Positions 46,999 through 56,947 of a DNA stretch of 64,000 nucleotides are shown piece by piece; the stretch's first letter is position 1, and every line of letters begins with the position of its first letter. The translations under genes and the position numbers were made by a program. Under the pieces are notes generated by a model. That model saw only the letters and a list, made by a program, of their open reading frames with translations. It did not search any database and had not been told where the DNA came from. Source of the stretch: an uncultured Oligoflexus sp. (lineage in GTDB: Bacteria; Bdellovibrionota_B; Oligoflexia; Oligoflexales; Oligoflexaceae); contig CAXSGP010000011.1 of NCBI GenBank assembly GCA_964236955.1, forward strand, positions 1 through 64,000, in the 5' to 3' direction.

Positions 46999-47724
46999 AT
47001 GAATTTGCTCAAACAACATAATGTTCCCAAGCATGTTGCAATAATTATGGATGGCAACGGACGTTGGGCACAGCGTCATGGTGAAGCGCGAGTGTTTGGG
47101 CACCACAGTGGGGCAACACGGGTCCGTGAGGTCGTTGAAACCGCTGGAAATATGGGTGTGGACTTTCTCACCCTTTATGCCTTCAGCGAAGAAAATTGGC
47201 GCCGCCCCGACGATGAAGTCCATGCTCTGTTTTCCCTGCTCATCAGCTACCTGCGCGACGAAGTCGAGCGATTGCACGAAAACGGCGTCCGTCTGAAGAG
47301 CATCGGCAATACCAGCCGCTTGCCTGTCGATTGCCAGGAATGGCTCAAACATGTGGAACAACGGACTGGCAATAATCAAGGGTTAACCTTGATTCTAGCT
47401 CTCAGCTATGGAGCGCGGTCCGATCTTGTTCACGCCTGCAAGGCCATCGCCCACGATATCAAGCTCAATCTTATCGAAGAGAGTCAAATCGACGAATCTT
47501 TGATTCGCAGCCGCCTTAGTACGTCGCATTTCCCGGACCCTGACCTTCTCATTCGGACGAGCGGAGAGCAGCGGCTATCCAATTTTCTATTGTGGGAAAT
47601 GGCTTACACCGAGTTTTATTTTACGCCTATTCATTGGCCAGACTTTTCCAAAGACGATTTTGCGGCAGCACTTGCTGAATATGCGGAACGTGAAAGACGC
47701 TTTGGCGGCCTGATTGCTCCCTAA
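46999..47724 (+). CDS. uppS: Undecaprenyl diphosphate synthase
   Basis: HVAIIMDGNGRWA, YAFSEENWRRP, DLLIRTSGEQRLSNFLLW. Confidence 0.98.
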   Translation: MNLLKQHNVPKHVAIIMDGNGRWAQRHGEARVFGHHSGATRVREVVETAGNMGVDFLTLYAFSEENWRRPDDEVHALFSLLISYLRDEVERLHENGVRLKSIGNTSRLPVDCQEWLKHVEQRTGNNQGLTLILALSYGARSDLVHACKAIAHDIKLNLIEESQIDESLIRSRLSTSHFPDPDLLIRTSGEQRLSNFLLWEMAYTEFYFTPIHWPDFSKDDFAAALAEYAERERRFGGLIAP

Positions 47725-47751
47725 ACTACCTATCGACCCTATGAGGCGCGT

Positions 47752-48597
47752 ATGCTGAAGACTCGCGTGATTACTGCTATTCTCGCTCTGATCCCGATGC
47801 TTTGGATTTTTCTAAAAGGGAACGCTTTTGTTATTAATAGCCTCTTTACAGGATTGGTGGGCATTTGTGCCTATGAAATGGCGGGAATGATATTTCCGGG
47901 CCTTTACAGGCGTCTCGGCGACAGCACTTTGTCAAAACCTGTTGAAGCCCCCATCTGGCTTCGATTTGTAACCATTTTATTATCTTCAGGCCTCTATGCT
48001 TGTTTGGAATTCACGCCCGCTCCCGTAATTGGATACGTGGGACTGCTGTTGCTTGGTGCTATACTGATTGGGACCTTTGCTGCACCTACCGTTGAGCTGT
48101 CGCTTGCGAACGCAACCGGTCTTGTGACGAGCATTGTTTACAGTGTGTTTCCGTGGTTGGCCATCATTGCCCTTTATCTTAAGGGGTCTGACGCTCGCTA
48201 TGTGTTCTTTTTGTGTGGGATCGTCTGGTGCGGTGATACTGGCGCATATTTTGCTGGCCGATCCTTAGGAAAGCATAAGCTGGCGCCCCGCATGTCGCCA
48301 AACAAAACCTGGGAAGGTGCAATTGGCGGTATCTTTGCTTCCCTATTGGGGGCTGCTGCCCTGCGTGTATTTTATGGCAACGCATTTATGGAATGGCCAC
48401 TGGTCATTGTCTGCAGTGTCTTTGGTGGGATTTTTGGACAGTTGGGCGATTTGACGGAATCTTCCTTCAAGCGTTTTTCTGGAGTGAAGGATTCGGGAAA
48501 AATTTTTCCCGGCCATGGCGGCTTTCTCGATAGAATCGATGGATTGCTCTTTGCGGCTCCAATCATCTGGTTTTTATTGTATCAATTTGGCGTATAG
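47752..48597 (+). CDS. cdsA: Phosphatidate cytidylyltransferase
   Basis: DTGAYFAG, SPNKTWEG, GDLTESSFKR, KDSG…PGHGGFLDRID. Confidence 0.97.
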   Translation: MLKTRVITAILALIPMLWIFLKGNAFVINSLFTGLVGICAYEMAGMIFPGLYRRLGDSTLSKPVEAPIWLRFVTILLSSGLYACLEFTPAPVIGYVGLLLLGAILIGTFAAPTVELSLANATGLVTSIVYSVFPWLAIIALYLKGSDARYVFFLCGIVWCGDTGAYFAGRSLGKHKLAPRMSPNKTWEGAIGGIFASLLGAAALRVFYGNAFMEWPLVIVCSVFGGIFGQLGDLTESSFKRFSGVKDSGKIFPGHGGFLDRIDGLLFAAPIIWFLLYQFGV

Positions 48598-48615
48598 CGC
48601 AAGGAGACTTATTAA

Positions 48616-50307
48616 ATGGAATTCCTGGCTCATCCCATTGTTGCTGTTGTCTTGCTGCTTGGCATTCTGGTCTTTGTCCATGAATTCGGACACTTTCTGG
48701 TTGGCAAACTCTGTGGTATCCCGGTCGAAATCTTTTCCATCGGTTTTGGCCCCGTAATCTTTGGCTTTCAACTGAGCGAAACCCATTATCGCCTCAGCAT
48801 CATTCCGCTTGGCGGTTTTGTTAAATTTTATGGCAGCTTACCCTCCGAAGAAGTTCCGGACTTCATCAAAGGCCGCGAATTTTTTCGAGCCCCCATCGCC
48901 GCGCGTCTCTTTACCATCTTTGCCGGCCCCATCGCCAATATTATACTAGCGGTTGCCGTCTTCAGTGCAATGGTGATGCACGGCATCAAGCAGGCACCGG
49001 CCATGATAGGCGAGTTGATTCCGGACAGTCCCGCAGAAAAGGGCGGTTTGCTGTTTGGCGATAAGGTCCTTGCCATCAATGGTGAGGCGATCGGATCATG
49101 GAAAGATCTTCAGCGCATCATAAGTGATGCTCCTGCAAAAGAGCTCAAGCTCAAGCTTGAGCGCCAGGGTGTCATCACGGAAAAGACAGTCGTCACAGAT
49201 TCAGTCGATGAAAAAGAAATGCCTGGGAAAAGAGGCCGGATCGGCATTTCCCCTTATATTATACCGACCGTCTTTACCGTGGTAAATCCCGATGGATTTC
49301 TGGCCAAACTTGGTATCAAAACAGGGGAACGGGCTGTGAAAGCCACATGGAATGGTAAAGACTATTCGCTGCTCTTCTGGCGACAGTGGACCCAATTTTT
49401 AAATGAAATGGCGCAAAGCACAGGGCCCAAGCAGTTCGTAATGGACCTCCAGGCCTACGACCCTAAAAACGACGATGCCAAAGCATCAAACGCCCCGCTT
49501 CGTAGGATCACCGCCGAACTTCCGGCCGAATGGACTTTTAATCCCGCTACCGCCGCACAGACAACTGGATTAAATGAGAGCCAATTGACAATTTTCGCGC
49601 TCAATCCCCCTGCCGGCGATGAGCTTAAGCCCAACGACCTCTTATTAAGCTGGAATGGCCGTCCTCTCAAAAGTCTTTTTGATCTTGGTGAGATTTCCGG
49701 GGAAAATAAGCAGGAAATAGTCACAATTGAGTTTCTTCGTGACGGCAAAAAAATGACGATGCCCGTTAAACTTAAGCCGGTTGAAGTGCAAAAGCTTGAG
49801 GGCAAGGTGACTCTCTATACTTTATCTGCCGAGTACTGGGGCGGATTTGTGCAGCCCGAGCCGGTTGAAGAAAAGTTTACCAATCCGCTTGAAGCACTTG
49901 TGTACGGGAGCAAAGAAACTTTCGAAATGGTTAAAAATATCGGCGGAGCCTTGATCAGTCTGTTTACAGGCGATATGCCTTTGGCCACGCTCGGAGGGCC
50001 TATCGCTATTGCCAAAGCCGCCTCGGATTCGGTTCGCATCGGTTGGCAGGCCTATCTCAGTGCTCTGGCCATTATCAGTATCAATCTTGCCATTATCAAT
50101 ATGGTACCCATTCCGATTTTGGATGGCGGTCAAATTGTTTTGATTGCATCGGAAGCTGTGATTCGCAGGCCGGTTCGCGAGCGGACAATAGAGAACTATC
50201 AAAAAGTCGGATTCGTTATGGTCCTGGCACTTATCGTTATCGCTACTTATAACGACGTCGGACGGTTCTGGGCCTCGATGGTGAAGGGCATAAGCTCAAT
50301 GTTCTGA
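48616..50307 (+). CDS. rseP: RIP metalloprotease RseP
   Basis: HEFGH, FSIGFG, PLGGFV, PDZ region, NMVPIPILDGG. Confidence 0.96.
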   Translation: MEFLAHPIVAVVLLLGILVFVHEFGHFLVGKLCGIPVEIFSIGFGPVIFGFQLSETHYRLSIIPLGGFVKFYGSLPSEEVPDFIKGREFFRAPIAARLFTIFAGPIANIILAVAVFSAMVMHGIKQAPAMIGELIPDSPAEKGGLLFGDKVLAINGEAIGSWKDLQRIISDAPAKELKLKLERQGVITEKTVVTDSVDEKEMPGKRGRIGISPYIIPTVFTVVNPDGFLAKLGIKTGERAVKATWNGKDYSLLFWRQWTQFLNEMAQSTGPKQFVMDLQAYDPKNDDAKASNAPLRRITAELPAEWTFNPATAAQTTGLNESQLTIFALNPPAGDELKPNDLLLSWNGRPLKSLFDLGEISGENKQEIVTIEFLRDGKKMTMPVKLKPVEVQKLEGKVTLYTLSAEYWGGFVQPEPVEEKFTNPLEALVYGSKETFEMVKNIGGALISLFTGDMPLATLGGPIAIAKAASDSVRIGWQAYLSALAIISINLAIINMVPIPILDGGQIVLIASEAVIRRPVRERTIENYQKVGFVMVLALIVIATYNDVGRFWASMVKGISSMF

Positions 50308-50317
50308 GGAGGCTCCT

Positions 50318-51112
50318 GTGCTGTTACTCGTTATCGATACCAGCTTGCAAGGCGTTACCGTTGGTCTCGCCAGTCTGAACGGAAAAAAATATGAAATACT
50401 CGAGATCTATGGCTCGAACCATCCTCAAGAGGCGGCGGCGCGATTGCCGGAGCTTTGCCAAAATCTACTTATCAAACGCCGTCTGGTTTTGAAGGATATT
50501 GGAGCTTTACTCGTCAGCCACGGCCCGGGGTCTTTTACCGGAATAAAGATTGGCCTGGGTTTTGCCTCGGGATGGAAACGCGCGGGAACGGCGACCAAAG
50601 TTTGGTGTGTAAGCTCCTTTAAGGGCCTTTTAAATCAGTGCTCCCTAGCTCAAACCCTGATCCTGCCGGCAACTCAAACCGCAGGGTATCTCACGGTGAA
50701 TCTCAAGGATAAACTTCAAGGCACTCATGAGCCAAAGCTTGGAACCGTTGACCTTACGGCAGCCACAGTGTGCTCGCTGGTCGACGACCGTGGCCAATGG
50801 CTCAAAAGTCTTTTACCCTCGGAGCTGGGCCCGATAATGATTTTAGGAAGATGGCCGCGGCTGGAAGAGTGGTTAAGTTCTCAGCCAATCGATTGGAAGA
50901 CCTTGGAAACAGGGAGTCTTTACACAGCAGTTGTCGCGGGAATGGTCGAGGAGTTTATTGCAAAATCGGAGCAGCTGAGCGAAGGTGAGCTGGTGCCTGT
51001 CTATCTCAGAAAGTCTGCTCCCGAAGAGAAGTTGGACAATTTGACAAAGGCTGCTGAGCATCAACTGTCTAACGATACGAAGCAGGCTCCCTATTTGGGC
51101 AAGTCTACGTGA
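50318..51112 (+). CDS. tsaB: tRNA threonylcarbamoyladenosine biosynthesis protein TsaB
   Basis: LVIDTS, GPGSFTGIKIG, PVYLRKS. Confidence 0.9.
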   Translation: MLLLVIDTSLQGVTVGLASLNGKKYEILEIYGSNHPQEAAARLPELCQNLLIKRRLVLKDIGALLVSHGPGSFTGIKIGLGFASGWKRAGTATKVWCVSSFKGLLNQCSLAQTLILPATQTAGYLTVNLKDKLQGTHEPKLGTVDLTAATVCSLVDDRGQWLKSLLPSELGPIMILGRWPRLEEWLSSQPIDWKTLETGSLYTAVVAGMVEEFIAKSEQLSEGELVPVYLRKSAPEEKLDNLTKAAEHQLSNDTKQAPYLGKST

Positions 51113-51237
51113 GGATTGGAGCAACGACGACAAGTCGATGCTCCGACAGACTTCACTTAGAGACCTCTGGTGTAACTGTCTTATAGGGAAATGCTGCCCT
51201 TTATTGCTAGCCCTTAAGCTAGTTTAGGAATAAATCC

Positions 51238-52068
51238 ATGAAAAGTACCGACACGAGACGACGATTAGGTGGCGCCATTTACATCCTTCCCAATTTGATA
51301 ACGACGGGAAATCTATTTTTTGGTTTTTTTTCCATCGTTAAAAGTTTGCAAGGGGACTTTGCCTGGGCTTCGGTCGCGATACTTCTCGCTGCTATTTTCG
51401 ATGTGCTTGACGGCCGGGTGGCCCGCATGACGAAGAGTACCAGTGAATTTGGTGTGCAATACGATTCGCTCTGTGACCTAATGTCCTTTGGTCTTGCTCC
51501 TGCCTTGCTTATGTACCAAGCTGGCTTGCATAATGCGGGTCGTTTGGGCTGGATCATCTGCTTTATGTTTCTCGCTGCTGGCGCTTTGCGGCTCGCTCGA
51601 TTTAACGTACAAAGTTCAATAGGTAAAGCATCGGGAGATTTCACGGGTTTACCAATACCTATGGCCGCAGCTGTAGTGGCTTGTTTCGTAGCTCTCTGGA
51701 TGGATTTTGAAAAGTCCGCTAACGAATATGAAATGTTGATCTGGATCGAGACGCTATTTAAAAATCCCGATTTCCGCCTATGGTTCTTTGGTATCACCGG
51801 CTTCCTTTTGGCCGTAGCTATGGTTGCCAATGTTTCCTATCGTTCTCACAAGACACTCAAAATAACCGGAATCAAGCCATTTCGACTGCTTGTCCTGGGG
51901 GTGTTAGTTGTCGGATTGATTGCAATTCAACCTCAGTTGTTTGGTTTTCTGATATTCTTTGGATATGCGATCAGTGGTCCTTTGGAATGGATTTTCGGTT
52001 GGACCAAACTTGTTGATGACGACGATATCTTTGAAGCGGATGCTGCTGGGAACAATATTGATACATGA
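51238..52068 (+). CDS. pssA: CDP-diacylglycerol--serine O-phosphatidyltransferase
   Basis: LPNLITTGN, DVLDGRVAR…FGVQYDSLCDLMSFGLAP, LRLARFN. Confidence 0.95.
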   Translation: MKSTDTRRRLGGAIYILPNLITTGNLFFGFFSIVKSLQGDFAWASVAILLAAIFDVLDGRVARMTKSTSEFGVQYDSLCDLMSFGLAPALLMYQAGLHNAGRLGWIICFMFLAAGALRLARFNVQSSIGKASGDFTGLPIPMAAAVVACFVALWMDFEKSANEYEMLIWIETLFKNPDFRLWFFGITGFLLAVAMVANVSYRSHKTLKITGIKPFRLLVLGVLVVGLIAIQPQLFGFLIFFGYAISGPLEWIFGWTKLVDDDDIFEADAAGNNIDT

Positions 52069-52119
52069 CTTTTGCCGCTCGCTATTGGTTCGCGGTAATC
52101 GGCAAAAAAAGGGCACGAG

Positions 52120-53064
52120 ATGATGAATGGTCGGCGAACAGGCTTGTTATTGCTCCCCCTTATAATGATCGCAATGGCCCTGCCAGCTCAGGCCCGGGAT
52201 AATGATGGTTCGGTAAACCCAACCGTTCCCTCCATCAATACCCATAGCTTAGCCGATTCTGACAGGGACAGCCGTCTTGCTGCCACAGCCCCACCCGCAT
52301 CGGAAGAAAGGCAGCTTGATGAGGAGACAAGAAACCCATCCATCACTCCTGCCGCGCCTCACAGCCCATCGACTCAGACATCAGAACCGTCCTACCAAAG
52401 GCGGAAGCCATCAACGATTTTGAGCTTTGGTTTGGGCCAGATTCAAGATATGGGCAAATATGATCTTTATGACAGGCTTTATGGCGCTCCGGCAAAAATG
52501 GTTTATTTGCAGACAGGCTATTATCTTTATACCTTTGGCATCGATATCGGTGTGAGCGCCAGGTTTGGATATTACAGCGACAGGGGCCATCCCCTGAAAA
52601 CACTGCTTGGACTCGATACCCCTATTAGGGGCAAGCTCCCGGCTTCAGCCGTCACCAACCCAAAACAAAATATAGAATTGACGCAAATTCCTGTACAAGC
52701 CCTATTGGAACTCGCCTATAGTCCATTTCCAGTCAGCCGCAGAATCGTCCTGAGGGCTTGGATTGGCCCTGAATTCCTCTTCGTTCAGGAAGTGTTAAAG
52801 CCTAATCTGCCCGCAAATGTGCCCGTGCCCGAGGGTACCTCTCTCGTATCGAAGGGCTGGAACCGAGGTCTAGCGACGGGGGCTATGATCTCAATCAGCG
52901 TGAATGGCATCGAATCCAGGTCGGATTATGCTCTAAAATCGATAGGAATTGATCGTACTTATATCAGTCCATTTATAGAAATTGTCAAAACCACTTCGGA
53001 CAAAATGGGTAACAGCGATCGAAAAGTCTATGGAATCAATCTTAGTTTCGAAGGACTCCGCTGA
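52120..53064 (+). CDS. Exported hypothetical protein, probable outer-membrane beta-barrel
   Basis: Signal peptide AQA, disordered linker, aromatic amphipathic strands ending YGINLSFE. Confidence 0.6.
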   Translation: MMNGRRTGLLLLPLIMIAMALPAQARDNDGSVNPTVPSINTHSLADSDRDSRLAATAPPASEERQLDEETRNPSITPAAPHSPSTQTSEPSYQRRKPSTILSFGLGQIQDMGKYDLYDRLYGAPAKMVYLQTGYYLYTFGIDIGVSARFGYYSDRGHPLKTLLGLDTPIRGKLPASAVTNPKQNIELTQIPVQALLELAYSPFPVSRRIVLRAWIGPEFLFVQEVLKPNLPANVPVPEGTSLVSKGWNRGLATGAMISISVNGIESRSDYALKSIGIDRTYISPFIEIVKTTSDKMGNSDRKVYGINLSFEGLR

Positions 53065-53887
53065 GAGTTCGCCGCCGTTCCATACCTATCGTATGGACCT
53101 CAATTACAATGGTGCTCTTTTCAATGGCTGGCAGAGCCAACCCAATGGCAATACGGTCCAGGATGTCTTGGAAAAAGCGATTGCGACGGCTCTGAGGAGG
53201 AACGTTCGCATCGTCGGCGCATCGCGAACTGACACTGGAGTTCACGCTGAGCACCAGGTTGCCACATTTCGTCTCCCTTATGAGATCGATTGTGCGAGAG
53301 TTTTTCGCTCACTGCAGGCTTTGGTGCCGATGTCGGTGGGTATTTTAGGCCTTTATCCGGCGACCCATGATTTTCATCCGATCACCTCAGCTCACTCAAA
53401 ACTTTATCGCTATCGTATCTGGCTTGGGCCGGGTACAAACACCTTCATAAGGCCCTATTCCTGGGCCATACCCTACCCACTTAATTTCGCGGCGATGCGG
53501 GAGGCCGGTGACTTTTTTGTTGGCCGGCACCACTTCAAGAGTTTTGCAGCCGTTGATGGGAGTTCAAAGACTTTCGATCGCACCATAGTCGATCTAAAGT
53601 GGGTAAAGAAAGGCGATGGGTTGCTTGAACTCTATATCCTCGGCGAAGGTTTTCTGAAACAAATGGTGAGAAATATCGTCGGCACTTTGGTTGAAGTTGG
53701 GCAGTGCAAGCGGCGACCCGATGATGTTCCCGCAATCCTAGCGGCAGCCGATCGTCGTGCGGCGGGAATGACTGCGCCTGCCGCAGGATTAAGTCTGGTC
53801 GAAATCCACTATGAGCCGCTCGCTCGCATCGATGACCGGTACCTCTTGCCACAGGCAGAATTTTCCTTTGTCTTCCCCACGCATTGA
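53030..53887 (+). CDS. truA: tRNA pseudouridine(38-40) synthase
   Basis: YNGALFNGWQ, GASRTDTGVHA, FLKQMVRNIVG, TAPAAGL; start uncertain (53030 or 53093). Confidence 0.96.
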   Translation: MESILVSKDSAESSPPFHTYRMDLNYNGALFNGWQSQPNGNTVQDVLEKAIATALRRNVRIVGASRTDTGVHAEHQVATFRLPYEIDCARVFRSLQALVPMSVGILGLYPATHDFHPITSAHSKLYRYRIWLGPGTNTFIRPYSWAIPYPLNFAAMREAGDFFVGRHHFKSFAAVDGSSKTFDRTIVDLKWVKKGDGLLELYILGEGFLKQMVRNIVGTLVEVGQCKRRPDDVPAILAAADRRAAGMTAPAAGLSLVEIHYEPLARIDDRYLLPQAEFSFVFPTH

Positions 53888-54028
53888 TTCGATAAGCCCT
53901 CCTTATTTGGGCTGTTTATCCAACTAGGCTCAGCATATAATAACGAAGATTCCTAACCGCGAGTCCCGGGCTGGCTTTCGGGCTTGATGAATGTTCACGA
54001 TTACGGATCGGAAAGTTAGGGTGCATCC

Positions 54029-55798
54029 ATGCGGTCAAACCATTTTGTGATCGGGTCAATTTTAGCTTCCATGGCAAGCGTCGGCTGCGTCACCAAAGGG
54101 TCCTACAAGGCTGCAGCGACGAATCCTTCCACCGGCGAAGTCACAGTGGCTCCTAAAAGTGAAACTGAGGTTCCGTCCGAATTCTGGTCGCCAGAGCGCA
54201 AGAAGGCAAATGCGTCATTTTATTATTTGGCTGGTGAATACGAACTGATGAATCGCAACGCTGCTGGCGCCGCTAAGCTGTTTGAAACGGCTTATGCGAT
54301 GGAGCCCAATGCTTTTATTGGTTCGAAACTTATCGAGAGCAAATCGGTAAGCAATTTCGATGAATCGCTCGTGCTGGCGAAAAAAATGTCACTGCTTTAT
54401 CCCCATAACGGCGAAATTCAACTATCCTATGGTCGTCTCCTGGCGGCCAAGGGCGAGCTCAAAGAGGCGGAAACCTACCTAAAAAATGCAGTTCGTATGC
54501 GCCCGGAGAACCTTGAAAGCAGCGTCTTGCTGATCCAGCTGCTACAGGCCCAAAACAAGACTAAGGAAGCGATCGTCGTCGCGAAGTCAATGGTTGAAAA
54601 GAATGGCGATTTTGTGGAAGGCTGGGCCCTCCTGGCCCGACTCTATCTCGTTGCCAATCAGGCCTCAAATGCCATCGCCCCGGCTCGGAAGGCCTATGAC
54701 TTAAATAATACCGACTCGGAAAAGGTTCATCTGCTGGCAGTAAGCCTCCTCCTCGGTAAACAAACCAAGCCGGCTCTAAGTTATTTCGACTCTTTGCTTC
54801 GCCCAGAATTTTTCTCGGATGATTCGGTCGAGAAGATGCTGAAGCTTAATGAAGAAATCGGCGCCAACAAAACCTACCTGGGCGCCTTTCAAAAGGCAGA
54901 CAAAGAGACCGGAAAAAAGAGCGATGGGCTCAGCTTTCAGATAGCCGTTTTGGAATGGGGTAAACAAAATTTTAAAGATTCTTCGCAAATTCTCCAGGAA
55001 CTTGCCCATCGCTACCCTCAAAATGAAAAATTGAGCTACCTGCTTGCCTTGACCCAGGAAAAGAATGGGCAGACAGAGGAAGCGCTCAAGAACTATCTTC
55101 AATTCGACTCAAAATCCGATATGTATGCGGCAACCAGAGTTCGGGCTTTTGAACTCTTGAAAAGACTCGGACGCAATGACGATGCTTTTAAGGTTGCCAA
55201 AGACGCGATCGATGCGAAAAGCGAGCAGCCTGTTGTCTTCTATTCCCTGGCTGCCAATCTTTTGAGTGCGGAAGGTAACAATGAAGGGGCGCTTGCTCTC
55301 GTCAAAAAAGGCCTAGGGGAAGATCCGGGAAATGTTGAACTCCTCTTTCTGGAAGCCGTATTCTTTGAAAAACTGGCCAAAATCGATGACGCCGTCGCAA
55401 CTTTAAAAGAGGTTATTGGTCAGGATCCGAAGCATGCCGCTGCTCTCAATTACCTCGGCTATATGTATGCCGAGCGCAACATCAATTTGGTTGACGCGGA
55501 AGACCTGATCAAAAGGGCTTTGGAAGAAAAGCCGGACAATGGTTACTATCTCGATTCGTTAGGCTGGGTCTACTACCAGCAAAAACGCTACAAAGAAGCT
55601 ATTTCAGTGCTTGAAAGAGCGTTTGAAGTGACCAATAGCGACCCGACGGTTTCCGAACATCTAGGCGATGCATACACGGCGGCCGGCGAAGGATCGAAAG
55701 CCATGATCGCCTATAAAATTGTTCTGGATTCTTCGAAAGATCCTAAGGAAGTGGAAAGGGTTAAGGTAAAATATGATATGGCGAAGTCTGCAGAATAA
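54029..55798 (+). CDS. TPR-repeat lipoprotein
   Basis: Lipobox SVGC; C-terminal ALNYLGYMYAE…YYLDSLGWVYY…EHLGDAY. Confidence 0.9.
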   Translation: MRSNHFVIGSILASMASVGCVTKGSYKAAATNPSTGEVTVAPKSETEVPSEFWSPERKKANASFYYLAGEYELMNRNAAGAAKLFETAYAMEPNAFIGSKLIESKSVSNFDESLVLAKKMSLLYPHNGEIQLSYGRLLAAKGELKEAETYLKNAVRMRPENLESSVLLIQLLQAQNKTKEAIVVAKSMVEKNGDFVEGWALLARLYLVANQASNAIAPARKAYDLNNTDSEKVHLLAVSLLLGKQTKPALSYFDSLLRPEFFSDDSVEKMLKLNEEIGANKTYLGAFQKADKETGKKSDGLSFQIAVLEWGKQNFKDSSQILQELAHRYPQNEKLSYLLALTQEKNGQTEEALKNYLQFDSKSDMYAATRVRAFELLKRLGRNDDAFKVAKDAIDAKSEQPVVFYSLAANLLSAEGNNEGALALVKKGLGEDPGNVELLFLEAVFFEKLAKIDDAVATLKEVIGQDPKHAAALNYLGYMYAERNINLVDAEDLIKRALEEKPDNGYYLDSLGWVYYQQKRYKEAISVLERAFEVTNSDPTVSEHLGDAYTAAGEGSKAMIAYKIVLDSSKDPKEVERVKVKYDMAKSAE

Positions 55799-56477
55799 GG
55801 GGATCTTAATCGCCTCACTGAGTCTCGTCTCGTGTGCGACGACCGAGACATACAAGCCCATACAACTTCCGGCGTTTGCCGGGGCTTTTTTTAGTGAATG
55901 CGCAGGCAAGGACGGGAGTATTTCGATCGAAATCTTTTCGAGCGGCAAGGTGCAGCAGATCTTTGATGCTGACTGGACCTCGGATGTCAATGGTGACTGG
56001 GGCTTGGCTAGTTATTCACCCCTTGGTCAAACCATGTTTCAACTGGATTTTATGCACAAGCCCCAAACCTTCAAGCAGAGCGGAAAATCATTTGCTGATT
56101 TGGAAAGTCTAGCCGTCGGCAATCAGCATGTGCTAAGTCTCAATGGGCATGAAATAGGACTACGGGCCGACGAGGTCACCTGTCTTTTGAATCACAAGAT
56201 TCCCCAGCGATGGCTTAAAAAAATCGTTTCGGACGTCTCGACATCAAAGGAAATTCAGTACGTGATTTCAGATAGCGGACGGACCATCAACCTGTCGCTC
56301 AATAAACACGGCAATCGCAGTGAAGAGTATTGGAAGGCTGATATTGCCTGGAGTCTCTACTGGGGCTTTAAAAAAATGCAACTGTCAGTTCGGCTTTTAA
56401 GGGATGAGCAAGCCCTCGTCATCCATTCCGATCAATTCCAACAACTCGATTGTCGCATCGTATCTCAAGAGGAATAG
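55773..56477 (+). CDS. Lipoprotein, possibly LolB-like
   Basis: Lipobox LVSC; YSPLGQTMFQL resembles the LolB-family PLG motif; follows the TPR gene as lolB often does. Confidence 0.5.
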   Translation: MIWRSLQNKGILIASLSLVSCATTETYKPIQLPAFAGAFFSECAGKDGSISIEIFSSGKVQQIFDADWTSDVNGDWGLASYSPLGQTMFQLDFMHKPQTFKQSGKSFADLESLAVGNQHVLSLNGHEIGLRADEVTCLLNHKIPQRWLKKIVSDVSTSKEIQYVISDSGRTINLSLNKHGNRSEEYWKADIAWSLYWGFKKMQLSVRLLRDEQALVIHSDQFQQLDCRIVSQEE

Positions 56478-56479
56478 GC

Positions 56480-56947
56480 GTGAATTTGCTTCGTGACCTT
56501 GAGAATAATGAATATATCAGCGAAACGAATGTCAGGATTATTGAACAATACTGCAGTCGTTGGTCCGTGACCGCGTATCATGCTCTCCTGCAAACCCATA
56601 TCCTTACCGAGCATGATTTGGCAGATGTTATAGCCGAGACCTATAGCATCGATCGGGTTTACAGTTTCGATAAGAACGACATCGACTTGCAGGTCTTGCG
56701 TAAGGTATCCTATGCCGATGCCCTGCAGTATCAATGCTGTGCTCCCCATCGTGATGAAAAGGGAAGTTATCTTGTCTATATCGTCGATCCCACCAACTCA
56801 AGTCTGATGACTTTTCTCGGTCAGACCCTAGATGGTTATCGCTTGGTGGTTGTAGACCTGACGTTGATGGCACGAAGCATTGAGGAAGCCTACCCGCTTG
56901 ATCTTCAATTGCCTACTCTCGAAAGCCTTGAGATGAGGATGAAATGA
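56480..56947 (+). CDS. Stand-alone GspE/PilB N-terminal (T2SSE_N)-like domain protein
   Basis: LLQTHILTEHDLADVIAE, IDLQVLRKVSYADALQYQCCAP, IVDPTN; no ATPase domain; GTG 56480. Confidence 0.6.
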   Translation: MNLLRDLENNEYISETNVRIIEQYCSRWSVTAYHALLQTHILTEHDLADVIAETYSIDRVYSFDKNDIDLQVLRKVSYADALQYQCCAPHRDEKGSYLVYIVDPTNSSLMTFLGQTLDGYRLVVVDLTLMARSIEEAYPLDLQLPTLESLEMRMK

